From Eledone cirrhosa (Eukaryota): DNA of 64,000 nucleotides. Shown piece after piece: positions 1 through 12,727 of the stretch; within the stretch, counting starts at the first letter, position 1, and each line of letters starts with the position of its first letter. The translations under genes and the position numbers were made by a program. The stretch is from contig OZ024755.1 of assembly GCA_964016885.1 (NCBI GenBank), positions 28,892,001-28,956,000 on the forward strand, read 5' to 3'. The notes below the pieces were generated by a model that had not been told where the DNA came from, did not search any database, and saw only the letters and a list, made by a program, of their open reading frames with translations.

Positions 1-209
1 GGTTACATCAAAGTCTGGAATGTATAATACGTCGATAACTCATAAAAACCTACTACTGAGAAACAATAACGCATTGACGCACACCAACGTACTTTATACA
101 CAGAGAGGCATATATACATATATATAAATATGTATGTATATATATATATAAATATATATATATGTATAGTCTTCAAATTTATTATTATTACTATATTTAG
201 ATATGTATA

Positions 210-254
<45 letters not shown>

Positions 255-263
<9 letters not shown>

Positions 264-600
264 CATAATCGGAGAAAGCTAATAGCGATTCTCCGGCCAA
301 ATTCCAACTCACCCAACAAACATTAGGAAATACCTGAGTATATTCCTAATTAAACGTTCAGGGTGCTAACTAATTGCATTGTGTGGACAATTGGCTGTAT
401 TATTTCATATGAGATATATCAAATATATCTCTTCTCAGACGACTCGTTTCATTATAAGATTTCTACAAGTTGGGTGAAATTATACCAATTTATGTAGAAG
501 CTTGTATAAGATCAACAGATACTTATTCAAGTGGGCTCTTATAATTCTTCAGTGGGTGCCCAATAATATTAATATTGATAACCAAATCAACATCAATATT
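255..600 (-). mobile_element. Penelope-like pseudo-LTR fragment (family A) abutting (TA)n
   Basis: Reverse-complement homolog at 48520-48790 shares tagttagcaccc and cctaatgtttgttg-gtgag-tggaa. Contains a hammerhead motif and ends in a (TA)n array. Confidence 0.6.
434..556 (-). ncRNA. Type I hammerhead ribozyme motif with long stem II
   Basis: Minus strand: CTGAAGA, then ATTATAAGA...TCTTATAAT (9-bp stem II base), GAAA, CGAGTCG, TC (GUC triplet). Stem I is weak (ccca/tgag). Confidence 0.65.
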
Positions 601-805
601 TAGCGATAATCACCAGCAGTGCTTGAGGGAGTTGCTAGCTCGTTAGTCCAGCAGTTCTATAGAAAATCTCACACTGTCACCAAAATAGGAGGAAGGAGAT
701 TATATTACCGCCAAAAAACAATACATGCGCAGGTCATTGAACTCTGAAAAGAATTCAAGCCACGTGCTAGAACTGAATTGGATATGAAAAAATAACCATA
801 TGTGC

Positions 806-1758
<953 letters not shown>

Positions 1759-2107
1759 TGCACGTATCGGTTTACCGAATATTTATTATAATGCTCGGTT
1801 TGGTTTTTTGTAAACAAACAAACATCCCGAATTACGCCGTCAGTGTTTAGGCAACCACGTCAACTTTTTGTTCAACACTGACACAGGAACGATGTACTAG
1901 TTTCAAGCTTATTAGCTATCGTCAGCATTGTATACCTTCCTGCCGGATTGTTGAACGTCTGAAAGTACATAATTCTTATGCATATTAACGGCTGAGCAGC
2001 CTAATTTGCATATCGAGTGAGTTCAGTCGGCCGGGCGCACCGAAAACGATAAATGGAATAGAATGAAACGAACATTATAATAAATGTTCGGTAAACCGAT
2101 ACGTGCA
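1759..2107. mobile_element. Inverted-repeat-bounded island in (TA)n, probable Penelope-like pLTR fragment
   Basis: tgcacgtatcggtttaccgaatatttattataatg (1759-1800) is inverted at 2067-2107. Internal hammerhead motif. Confidence 0.65.
1889..1931 (-). ncRNA. Minimal type I hammerhead ribozyme, intact core
   Basis: Minus strand: ACAATG-CTGACGA-T-AGCT-AATA-AGCT-T-GAAA-CTAG-TA-CATCGT. Palindromic minimal stem III, GUA triplet, stem I 5/6 paired. Confidence 0.75.
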
Positions 2108-2255
2108 TATATATATATATATGTGTATGTATATATATACATACTACCGGACGTCTGTATTCATATATGTATGTACGTATACATACATACATACTTACAT
2201 TTAAGTAACTGCCGTATAAGAGTGAGAAATGAAATTTCGTTTCATTCTATTCCAT

Positions 2256-2549
<294 letters not shown>

Positions 2550-2559
2550 AAATCATATG

Positions 2560-3500
2560 CTAAAGCAAGCATCATTCCGGTGCAGGCCAACCTACCGTTT
2601 TTCAAATATTTCAAAGATGAAATTTATTGATGTTCAACATCACACTAAAATGTTTACTGTAAATTTCACTTAGCTTTCCGTATGGGCCTTTAGGCTAATT
2701 TTAAGAACATATAAATCAGTCAGATTTCCTTGGAATCTATTATTTAGGATATCATTCAGCCGTTATGTCGCGCCATGCTACCTTTGATTTTGGAAACATA
2801 TTTTCAAATGTATCCTAAAGGGGACCATCCATGAATATAAATATCTGTAAATATATCTCCCAAAGTGGCCCTATCTTCTTTTAGAGATTCTCTTACATTA
2901 TTTGCAGGATATGTGACAACCTTGGTCCATCATCAAGCGACGGTGTGGAGGTCGTAAGTTGTTTTTTGCTTTAGGTTTATCTAGTGCATCATATTTCTAG
3001 ATTAAAGTTTTAATTCTAATTGCTGATACATCGTTGCAATGTGAGGAAGAGTACAATATGGATCCCTAAAAAAGGAAAAATACAAAAAACCTCGCTTCTC
3101 TATAATCCACAATGAGATTAATAAAACCTAGTTTAAATTAGGCAAGTCTGCAACAGTGCTGAACTACCAGTGACAATTCTCTCTTATCATCTTGTAGAAA
3201 GTAATTAGGAACCTAACGAAGATATGTCTTATCCACCTTTCTAAGATCCTTCTGTAAACTATATTTAGTCTCATAATAAGATTTTAATGGCCTAGCTATT
3301 GATTTGATTCAGGGTTGAGTTGTATTGCAATGTAATTTTACACTTTCAGTTTCCAGAGACGGTGTAATGAATTCAAAGATATGTTCTCGCATAAAGGTCG
3401 GGTTTGGTGTTATAACAATCTTTATATAATTCAAGGGGCTATTTCCCGTGATCTCCCCTAATCTTATGAAACAATGAGGTGCTATATATATCACTAAATC
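2560..3500 (-). pseudogene. Heavily decayed Penelope-like RT-thumb/linker/GIY-YIG remnant
   Basis: Frameshifted minus-strand peptides VVTYP...FPKSKVAWR...RLNDILN resemble the PLE linker (LVxTYHP...PxVAxRRxxNLxDIL). Weak and by eye. Confidence 0.35.
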
Positions 3501-3886
3501 TCATTTGCTGTACTCTCACTTGGACTTATTCTGGGTAAACCGGAGAGTGATTGGATTCTCAACGAAAAATACGATTCGAATAAGATATTCTCATTCTTGG
3601 TTGTCGATAATATTTCGTTTATCCTCCAGTTTAATCTGAGTACAAATTCCAACGAAAAGGCCAAAATGGCCTCAGCCGGATGGCTGGAACAGGTAAGAGA
3701 GTAAAAGTGTATAAAACTAATAGATTTTGTTTTTGACTTTTGTTGGGTTATGTTGTTGTTGTTTTTTGTTTTTGTTTTTTGAGGGGATGGGCAGTTTTAT
3801 GTTCATGATTACTTCAACATCAATCTGGTTTTGTATTGTTGATTTATATTACAGTTAAATATTTATATAGTTCATTATCCTTCATT

Positions 3887-4015
3887 AATTGTTTCTACAT
3901 TTGGCACTTTACTTTATCGACCCCGTAAGGATGAAAGGCAAAGTTAACCTCGGCAGGATTTGAACTCAGATTGTAAGGGGATGTAACTATGCTGGAAAGC
4001 GATACTGTCAATTCC
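3887..4015 (-). mobile_element. tRNA-derived Nin-domain-type SINE, internally deleted
   Basis: ttatcgaccccgtaaggatgaaaggcaaagttaacctcggc core shared with about 15 copies in the window. Confidence 0.9.
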
Positions 4016-4029
4016 TGGCTATAACAGCT

Positions 4030-4400
4030 CTTTTTATGGGTCGTTGACATCAGTTTCCTTTTCAATAAGCTGTCATGTATTGTTAATGATGTTGACGCTA
4101 TTGTTTATAACTAGCCCGTCAATAAGATATTACTATAAGATATTTTAATTATGCAAGCAATATTAGTATTGATGGTTTTAGTAGTTCTGATTGTGTTGTA
4201 ACACCAATGGTATCTCAATGGGTATTAATGTCATCAATAAAGTTAATTTATGGAAGAAACAGTACTTATAACAGAAATGCTTTGTATGAAAGTAGCTTAC
4301 AATAAAAATGATATTATAATGAATTATATAAACTAAACATAATGTGATGTTTATTTTGTAATCTTAATATTAGTTATTTTATATATTTTATGTTGTTGAT
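4030..4400 (+). pseudogene. Possible decayed Penelope-like RT fragment
   Basis: VVDISFLFN (RT motif 3-like) followed by NGISMGINVINKVNL (motif 4-like). No open frame. Confidence 0.3.
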
Positions 4401-4734
4401 TTGTAGGAGCAGGGATAGCATTTTCTATCGCATGGCTGTTTAGTATGATGTTACTTGATAAATAGTGTAATAAATTGTATGAGGTCGTAGTGAGGTTATA
4501 GTAGTTTTAAAGACAATGGTATTTATATATGGTGTTAGAAATGTTGGGAGTATTGCTGAAGCTGCTACCAGTGTTACATTCTCCACATTCTGCGACTAAC
4601 CCAGGTTCTGCTTCACTTCGGGCTGAGGAGGACACACTTTCCAAGTTTAGATCGCTACCCCGACAGGTTTGCCGTCGTGCCCCCAGCAGTGGATACTTCT
4701 GGTGTCCTTGGCTAGAGGGCTACCTCCCTACTCA

Positions 4735-4975
4735 TCACCATAGGTGCTGAACTGGCTAGCCGCAGATGTGGGCAACGCGAGTTGGAATGGCTCTTCCAGC
4801 GAAGCTAAGCTCCCATACCATCCTTCGGGAAAACGCCTTCCCCATTCTGTCCGCCAGAGCTGTAGAGCGGCCAGCACGTGAGACCCCATTTGCTCATAAT
4901 ACAAAGAGATGGGAAGGGCGAGAGAGATGGAGGTCCGTGTCCGGACCTGCTGTGCAGCGTCAGTTGTCCGTAGGG
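4735..4975. repeat. GC-rich interspersed repeat family X (copy 1 of 3)
   Basis: ggaatggctcttccagc...ccattctgtccgcc...gaccccatttgctca recurs at 32030-32240 and 58140-58310. Confidence 0.8.
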
Positions 4976-4986
4976 ATGTAGTGATT

Positions 4987-5033
<47 letters not shown>

Positions 5034-5039
<6 letters not shown>

Positions 5040-5340
5040 GTGAGGTTTATTTTACAAATTGAAAAATAACCGAGGTGTCCTACACGACTGAAAGTATGAA
5101 GAAAAAGAGATGAAATCGAAAATGCAACTGGAGTCTTATTTTTTTTCTTTTCAAAAGTAGAGTTGAGATGGAGGGTCTGTGGTTTTTCTCACATGTGAGA
5201 AAAACCACAGACCCTCCACCTCAACTCTACTTTTGAAAAGAAGAAGAACTGCGAAACCGGTAAAGGAACCAAATAAATATATATATTTAAAAATAAAATA
5301 AAACTCCAGTTGCATTTTTGATTTCATCTCTTTTTCTTTA
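5034..5340. mobile_element. Fold-back pLTR-like island (family B) in (TA)n
   Basis: Perfect palindrome centre ctcacatgtgag at 5193/5194. An unfolded copy of the same element lies at 48901-49110. Confidence 0.8.
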
Positions 5341-5350
5341 TATATATATA

Positions 5351-5577
5351 TAGAAGTGGTTACACAACAGTTAGTTCACCATACCGGAATAATTGTTTCA
5401 CCTTAGCGGATCCTCAGCTCGTATAACCATGTCCATTACGAGCTAAGGATCCGCTAAGGTGAAACAATTGTTCTCGGTATGGTGAACTAACTCTTGTGTA
5501 ACCACTTCTACCTAACTCGTCCCATGGACTGAATGCTCTACCACTAACTACGGATATTACATTCCAGTGTTCTACCG

Positions 5578-5580
<3 letters not shown>
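5351..5580 (+). mobile_element. Naiad/Penelope pLTR with inverted duplication and hammerhead (family C)
   Basis: Arms 5351-5423 and 5437-5510. Sequence matches the terminal region (27517-27655) downstream of the GIY-YIG ORF. Confidence 0.85.
5433..5482 (+). ncRNA. Type I hammerhead motif (core CTAAGGA here, CTGAGGA in the mirror arm)
   Basis: ccattaCGAG-CT(A/G)AGGA-TCCGCTAAGGT-GAAA-CAATTG-TT-CTCGgtatgg. Confidence 0.7.
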
Positions 5581-5616
<36 letters not shown>

Positions 5617-5659
5617 TATTATATTGTTCAAGATCTACCTAACATAGCATGGTAGTTGT

Positions 5660-6050
5660 AATTGCTTTTAATAGCACAATAGTCTTAATATGGGTCGGTA
5701 CTATTGTTTCTCTATGTAGCTACAGTGACAATGCATTTGACATTCATTAATGCTTGTCTCAGTATTATTACTCGTTATGACACTGGTAGTCTCTATCCCG
5801 TCAGTGATAATCATTTTAAAGACATTGCTAATAGGATGTGCGATATTAGAATTTGTAAGGATGACGTTTTGGGCAGGTGTAGGAATTTATTTGATGGAAT
5901 TTGTCACGAATATATCCTGCAGTCGCTTTACTTGACATTTGAATTACTATTCCTCAACCTAACAGTGATTGATGTGATATATAACAGCTTGGGAACGTAA
6001 CCATGGAAAACACCCTTGCTTCATACGCTGCTGGTCGCAGACAACCGCTT
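5660..6050 (-). pseudogene. Decayed Penelope-like linker/GIY-YIG remnant
   Basis: Minus-strand peptides KRLQDIFVTNS and ECQMHCHCSYIE, resembling NLxDILV and CxxCxxxYIGET, with frameshifts. Confidence 0.35.
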
Positions 6051-6340
6051 TTCAAGAAAGGATTTTGCCATCAAAACAGATTAAACTACACTTGTTATCG
6101 ACCTATATCAGAGCCTTTTCCTCATTCGAATAATTAAATGTAAGATGCAAACGATTTTAGGCAGGATAAAAAGCGTGACAATTATTATCGTCCTGAGAAA
6201 GAGACAGATCGAACGCATTGTGATAATGAGTTTACTTTGTACTTCACTGTTGTCGTATTGGTAATAAGGATTATTTTTATTAATTCGAAGGCTTAAACGC
6301 TAAAATATTCTATTTAGAATTACTAACAATACGAAACAAA

Positions 6341-6500
6341 TAATTGTTTCTACTTTAGGCACAAGGTCAGCAATTACCAGTGCATTACTGGTACTTTATT
6401 TTATCGACCCCGTAAGGCGGGATTTGAACTCAGATCGTAAAGGGACGTAACTATGCTGGAACGCATGGCGTCTGACCCTCTACCGATACTGCCAATCCAC
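6341..6500 (-). mobile_element. Nin-domain-type SINE with internal deletion
   Basis: Head (tggcagtatcggtag A-box, gagttcaaatcc B-box) and tail both present. Deletion between taagg and cggg. Confidence 0.9.
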
Positions 6501-7894
6501 GAGACTTAATCACCACGTTAGTGACATTCATAGAATTTGAAATGAGATATATAATAACGCACAATGCATAGCTGTTTTTATTTTACAGCAAATGCATCTC
6601 TTTCTTTTACTAGGTATTGATATTTTCCTTAAGCAACATTCGTAGTTCTTCCGAATATATGCTAACTGAAAACCATAAGATGACCTTTTCAGAGTTGAAT
6701 TGTAATCCGTAAAAATTAATGTTAAAGGGTGAATGTGTTAACAAATTGATAGTTCAATACAATCATATTATTGAATAATATTTTAATATCATTCATAAAA
6801 GGTTTCTTCTATTAATGAAATATTTCGTTGAATCTAAACGAAGCCATTTTATTCAAACACAAAGCTTAGAAAATTCCCGAATAGAGCTGCCTCAGCTGCT
6901 GCTCATTCGAAGTGGCTTTTAAACTGTCATGAAAACTGTTTCGCTGCCATAACAATCATTGTTCTATAAAAGATTAGCTATATGCTGACATTCAGCATTT
7001 CGTTTATAGCTGATTCGGCGGGTTGTTGTATTGTTGCTGTTTAGCCTCAGGTGATTCCTGGTTCTATAATCTGACGTGAGCATTTCATGTTTTAGATTTT
7101 TTTGGTCTTCTTATCACCCACGACTTTCATTTATTTTCTAAGTATATATGGTATAATAAAAGAAATATCTAGCTGCCAGTATAAGCGACCAAAGAATAAC
7201 ATATTTCTAAATTCGGTCTGTTAGGATGTAACTCTACCAGCATATTACTGCTTTTTATACAATCACCATTAACCTAATCTAAAATAATCTGGCCGAGTTT
7301 ACTCTTGCATATAAGAAAAATCAGACTCCCTCCCGCCCCTAGGGTTTGGTTTACTTCATATTTGTTTCGGTTGATGGATACAATCAGGGTCGCTGCTTCT
7401 CCTGAAGGTCAATAAGTTCTCTCCTAACTCGAGCGGGAGCACCATTCCATTGTCAATTTGCACTGATCATCTGCAAAGCCGCATTGTTCTCAGAACCACT
7501 ACACAAGTCTTCGATGTGTGCAGCTGGAACTACTGCCACCCGTTGATTTAGCAGCATTTTCTTTTTTTTTTTTTAGATGGTCGTTGGCTCTTAAATGTAA
7601 TATTTATATGTAAAATAGATTGTTACTGGCAATTACCGGATGTGTGCTGGAGATGAAAGGCACCATTGCAGTTTGGGCATAGAATAGATTCCTATTATTG
7701 AGGTTATGCCATTCCTTGCTGCACATAAGTATATAGTTGACATGCAATTTGATAAAGCCGGAAATAATTCACACTTCCGGTAAAAGATTGCAACAATAAT
7801 TAAACACAGCACTTCAAATTCTAACGGAGATACAATAAATTATATAACTACTTATTGCGAAATAAAGCTATATTGCATTTCTTAATGATATATT

Positions 7895-8048
7895 ATCACC
7901 CCTTCCTTCCTCAATCAGATCTTGTGTGTGACGTCATCACCGCTTCCTTCAACAATCAGCTCTAGGATGTGACGGCATCACCCCTTCCTTCCGCTTTGTG
8001 TGTCACGGACGAGCGAACAGACGGACGTCGCTCAAACTTATATATAGA
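7895..8048 (-). mobile_element. Helitron-like 5' end with three short subrepeats
   Basis: Minus strand begins a|TCTATATATAAGTTTGAGCGACGTCCGTCTGTTCG. atcacc(c/g)cttcctt occurs three times. No 3' end found. Confidence 0.45.
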
Positions 8049-8400
8049 TTTCATTAACTTTAATTAGTTGTACCAGGCCAATAATTTCAAGGTGGAAATT
8101 ATTATATTGATATCTCAAATCCCAAGAAGCCTGCATGACAGCCTGAATAGATTCTAATCCAGACAACGTTAATTGTTAATATTTTCACATCTCACTGTGA
8201 TTCTGCCAAATTCTCGAGAGTTTCATGATATGGCAACCACTTTAAGTTTCATATAGTATAGGATTAGTTCCAAAATTATGAATTTGATGTAGAAATATTT
8301 TACTGATTTATAAGATGGATGAAGCTAGTATTTGGGGGTAGAATCTCTTCTCGAAAAATATCTATAATATTTTTCACTGAGAGGGAGACATTATTTTCAA

Positions 8401-8553
8401 GGTAAGGATTAAAGTCAAAGTTAACCTCGGTGGGATCTGAGTTCAAATCCCGCCGAGGTTAACTTTGCCTTTCATCCTGAAGGGATCGATAAAATAAAGA
8501 ACCAGTAACTGCACTGGGTAATTGCTGGTCTTGTGCTAAAAGTAGAAACCATT
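8401..8553 (+). mobile_element. SINE with 5' fold-back inversion
   Basis: aaggattaaagtcaaagttaacctcggtgggat is the inverted copy of the following atcccgccgaggttaactttgcctttcatcct. Confidence 0.85.
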
Positions 8554-10949
8554 ATTTTCAAGGTAGATGTGCTTGCAATATCTTTAGACAGTTGAGCAAA
8601 AATGCATATTGATCTAATGCTAGAACACTCTGCTACCGATCCACCTTTTATGATTCGATCTTTATAATACGGGAAGGTGAGAATTAAAGACGAATTCCAG
8701 AGCTGTTGGTATTTAAGATTGATAAGCATCCAATGACTTGAAATTCGGGTCTCTTAAATATATGAACAGATTGTAAGCACATTAGCTACGCATCCTTTAT
8801 ATATCCTATAATCACTCACCTAGTCTGCTATCATAATTGGCTGAGGCTGATTGTAAACACTGATCAATATTGTCAAAAGCATGTTAGTAGTATGTGTTCA
8901 ATATTGGATGGAATCACTAGCTTTAGGAGATCAAATAGTTTAACAGATAATAAACACAACCACAAGGATATGGTCCGAACGTAGACAATTATTGCTATCA
9001 TTAGTTTAACGATTTTTTTCTTTTGTTCGATTTCGAAACAGGGCTGTCTCGTTCTCTTTATAAAGTTACTGTGGTATATATTGCTATACGTCAATAATAT
9101 GTTTTAGCCAAGCTCGAAAAGCAGCTGTGAGTTCAATAACACTTCAAAATTTATTTGTATGCAATGCAATTACGAGAGATTCTTAAAACTGTTTACATCT
9201 ACATTTTTACTTTTAATACTAGACCGCTATTCTTTCTTTATGCCAACATATAAACATTCGGATTCCATTTTTATTTCAGTCAGTAAACACTGTTACTAAC
9301 TCTGGCATACATCCTTAATCCATGAGTCTAACTGACGTTCTATATTTTCTATCTATTAAAAAAAATTACCTTGTTTTTAAATGTGTTTATTTTAAGTAAA
9401 GAAGTGCATTAAATGAGTAAAATATACAAGAAGTAGAAAAGAGAGACTGTATCTTATGTGACAACATAGTCCATCATTTGTATAATTTAGAGAAAAAACA
9501 TCACGTAACAAGAGAAACACAAGAAAACTGTAATCACATAGTCCAGGTATCTCATGATAGTTTAATTATAGTTTCCAACTGTGTTAACTCGAAAGAAATT
9601 AAGTCAGAAAAGAAAATCATTTTTTCATTTCCTTCTCCCGTCTTTATCTATAAAACCTTTCTTTAATATATATACTATACTCACCTGCGTGGTTCCTTGT
9701 TAAATTCTCTGACGAATGCATATAACGTTTTTCACTCCCTAAGTGTATATTTACTCCTTTCTACTTGTTCTTGTTAATGCAGTTTTTTAGCTACGCTTGT
9801 AGGAATTTCAGTGACATTTTATAAGATTAAAGTAACTTCAATGGTGTATTATCGCTTAAAAGAAACTATTGGCAAATGAATGCTATTCCATTTAAATGAC
9901 GTGAAATATCTCTCAACTAATTAGAATATCCATTTTTTATCTTGACATCTTACTTAAGATACGCGAGGAATAAAAGCAAATCATCTTCAAAATAGTAACA
10001 TTCTAAGGACAATGTTTATATTTTACTGTAATTATAAACATTTTAAAATTTTAAGCAGAAATATGAAGAGATTTACTGGATTCATATTTTGTAAAGAATA
10101 TTTCTGTATACATTTGACCATAGTGCACCTACACTAAATTACATTTGTACTATCTTTACAATATGTAATAGAGTTAATAAAACATTTTATATCTAAGTGC
10201 AAGAATAAATTACACGTCTACATTTCAATAAATACAACTAATTGGATGATAGTCAGGTGATAATCTCAGTAACAGAGGAAATCAGAAAACCATTAACTAT
10301 GCAGACTTTCACGTCAATTTCTTTTCCTTCTCGCTCTCTCTCTCTCTCTTTCTTTCTTTTCCCCTTCTTATTTCGTCCCTTCTCTCTTTCCCCCACTATT
10401 CCCTCCTCCCTTTTGCTGCTTCCTTTCTCATCTTCCCCCTTCTCCTACCCGTCACTGTTGCTTGTCACTTCCGCAGTGCCATAGCTTATACTTTCCAGCG
10501 GCCACACGGTGACGAGCGGACGCATTTTACCTCCCTCTCTCCCTGATATATCTCTCTGTCTACCTAATCTGTTAGTTTTATCATGCATACATATTTATTT
10601 TTTGTTGCATGAGGCTGCAATTATATATAGTACGCTCAAGTTAAATCGTGCGAAACCACAGCCTGTCTGAGAGGCGAAATGATGTGTTTGGTCTTGTCTC
10701 GTTCATTTTCTTCCTTTGCACCTGTCTTTCTATCACTTTTGCGGTCCAACACATTTTTTCTGTCATTCTGCGGACCACAACACTTATGTCTGTCCTTTGA
10801 GGTAAATTATACCCGATGCTGTCATTGACGACATTCTACTGTTTTAACTGCTATTCTTGCGTTGAGTTTTTCTCATTATTCTATGAATTCTAATACAGTC
10901 GCGCATCAACTCGATCTTCGAGAAAACTTTGTACATATATATGTATGTA

Positions 10950-11410
10950 TGTCAGGTCGCTTTCGAGTGCTACTGGTAACATGTAACCCAGTACAACCTG
11001 TCTCATGGTCGGGTCGTCGGCGACTAAACTGGCAACTCCACCAAGCTGGCTTCGTGAAGAGGGTGATATTTGGACACCCTGTGTGATTAATACAAGACCT
11101 GGCGAAGGGCGAAGGAACTCAGCAGAGTCAACGGCAATCCAAATAGTACTTTTTTTTTTTCACCTGGGAGTGAAAGGCCCCCAGCTGTTGTCACAACACC
11201 TTTCTTAAAAAAAAACCTGCGGCTTCGGAAACATCCGAAGATGTTGACCAGTTCTTCTTTTCGGGTAGTGTTTTCGATACTCAGAGAGTGGGTTTGGTCG
11301 AGTGCAAAGCCCCACTTAATAAAACCTTCACGGCACAAGCATTGCTTGTTCAGGTTATGTTACAGATCATGTGTCTGGCTGTACGTAGCCTAAAAGTGCA
11401 CCGATTTCTA
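10950..11410 (+). repeat. Interspersed repeat family Y (probably RTE-LINE 5'UTR-related)
   Basis: caacctgtctcatggtcgggtcgtcggcgactaaactggcaac recurs at 24335-24598 (-) and 54250-54640 (+). The classification is inference. Confidence 0.75.
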
Positions 11411-11905
11411 TAATCTGACAAGCGATTACAATACTCTTAGCAGAGTTTGCAGACATCATGTATGTATGAAAGTGTATACGATTTATGCAGACGTTAGATT
11501 AACATAGATTTTAGAGTGTTGGACATAGATTTCGCAATGTTTGTTCTGGTTATATAGGCTCTGATTTGAATTCACTCCGGGCTTAGTCTTCCCACTTCTC
11601 TTACCAATGTCGTTAACATATAATACAAGTCAAGTATTGCTACGTTCCTTCCATTTAAATTTGCAGGCCTTCAGCCAAATCTAGAAACCCTATAAACGAA
11701 TTAAGTGAGTTATTGTCTCTTTATATTTTATTTTTTATCCATTTTTAAATTAATACTGAATCAGAAATAATATGTACATAAGCGCAAATTATAATATAAT
11801 ATCAAATGTTATGCTTCGTTCTATTGTACGGCATACTATGTGTTATATATATGTATAAACATACACTCACACACACACATAGACACACTCACACACACAA
11901 ACACA

Positions 11906-11954
<49 letters not shown>

Positions 11955-11983
11955 CGCGGTACAATAGGATGAAGCATGAGATA

Positions 11984-12024
<41 letters not shown>

Positions 12025-12282
12025 CGCGGTACAATAGGATGAAGCATGAGATATATTTATATATATATATATATATATATATGTAGATAAATCTACCAAG
12101 AGTTTACGGTAGTGTCCAATCCGTATGAAGAACTCAATGTAGTCCGGATATCATGGAAAGAAGAGATGCAATGAAAAATCACTTTCGGTGAAAGATAAAC
12201 GGAATACAGAGTCAAGATAAAATATTAAAAAAATAATGAATAAAACAATGAAACAGTTCCTTATATTAAACAAAAAAAGTTC

Positions 12283-12433
12283 ATTATTTAACGATCGTTT
12301 CTAGGATATATATATGTGTTAGAATTGGCATGCATATTCAACAGATCTATGTACAAAATTATACAAAATTATACAAACTATCAAGATTAAATATACATAC
12401 CAAACACACATATATGCCGTCTTCAGAAATAAT
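12283..12433 (-). ncRNA. Type I hammerhead motif with about 118-nt stem II domain
   Basis: Minus strand: ATTATTT-CTGAAGA-cggcatatatgtg...cacatatatatatccta-GAAA-CGATCG-TT-AAATAAT. Perfect 7-bp stem I, palindromic stem III. Confidence 0.75.
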
Positions 12434-12645
12434 TATATATATATATATATATTACCATCCCATTCCTTCTAACTAGCCTCTGTGTCACGTGATTGATTCT
12501 TTAGAATCGGCCATTTGACTTGAAGCAGTGAGAATTTCGGTACATAGAATCCAGTCCTCGCAAGCTGTTCGATCTACCGAATTATTATTATTTTTATATG
12601 AGCCGCCAGTGTCCGCGCATTGCCTGGAGACTTAACTGAGAATAG

Positions 12646-12727
12646 ACTCCCTGATGACGCAATGAATTCTCGACAGTTGGATTACGTAACTGTCTTTATC
12701 CCATTGCAGAAACTAATTAGTTGGAGT
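12646..12727 (+). ncRNA. Type I hammerhead ribozyme, intact core (family D)
   Basis: ACTCC-CTGATGA-c-GCAATG..GACAGTT..AACTGTC..CATTGC-a-GAAA-CTAATTAG-TT-GGAGT. Covarying homolog at 48373-48454. Confidence 0.85.

Noticed and set aside
2004-2011. Octamer motif ATTTGCAT as a regulatory site
   Set aside because: A single 8-mer in AT-rich DNA is expected by chance, and no snRNA gene or promoter context is nearby.
4020-4560. Mitochondrial insertion (NUMT)
   Set aside because: T/G skew is suggestive, but I recognise no mitochondrial protein or rRNA motif. Weak RT-like motifs fit better.
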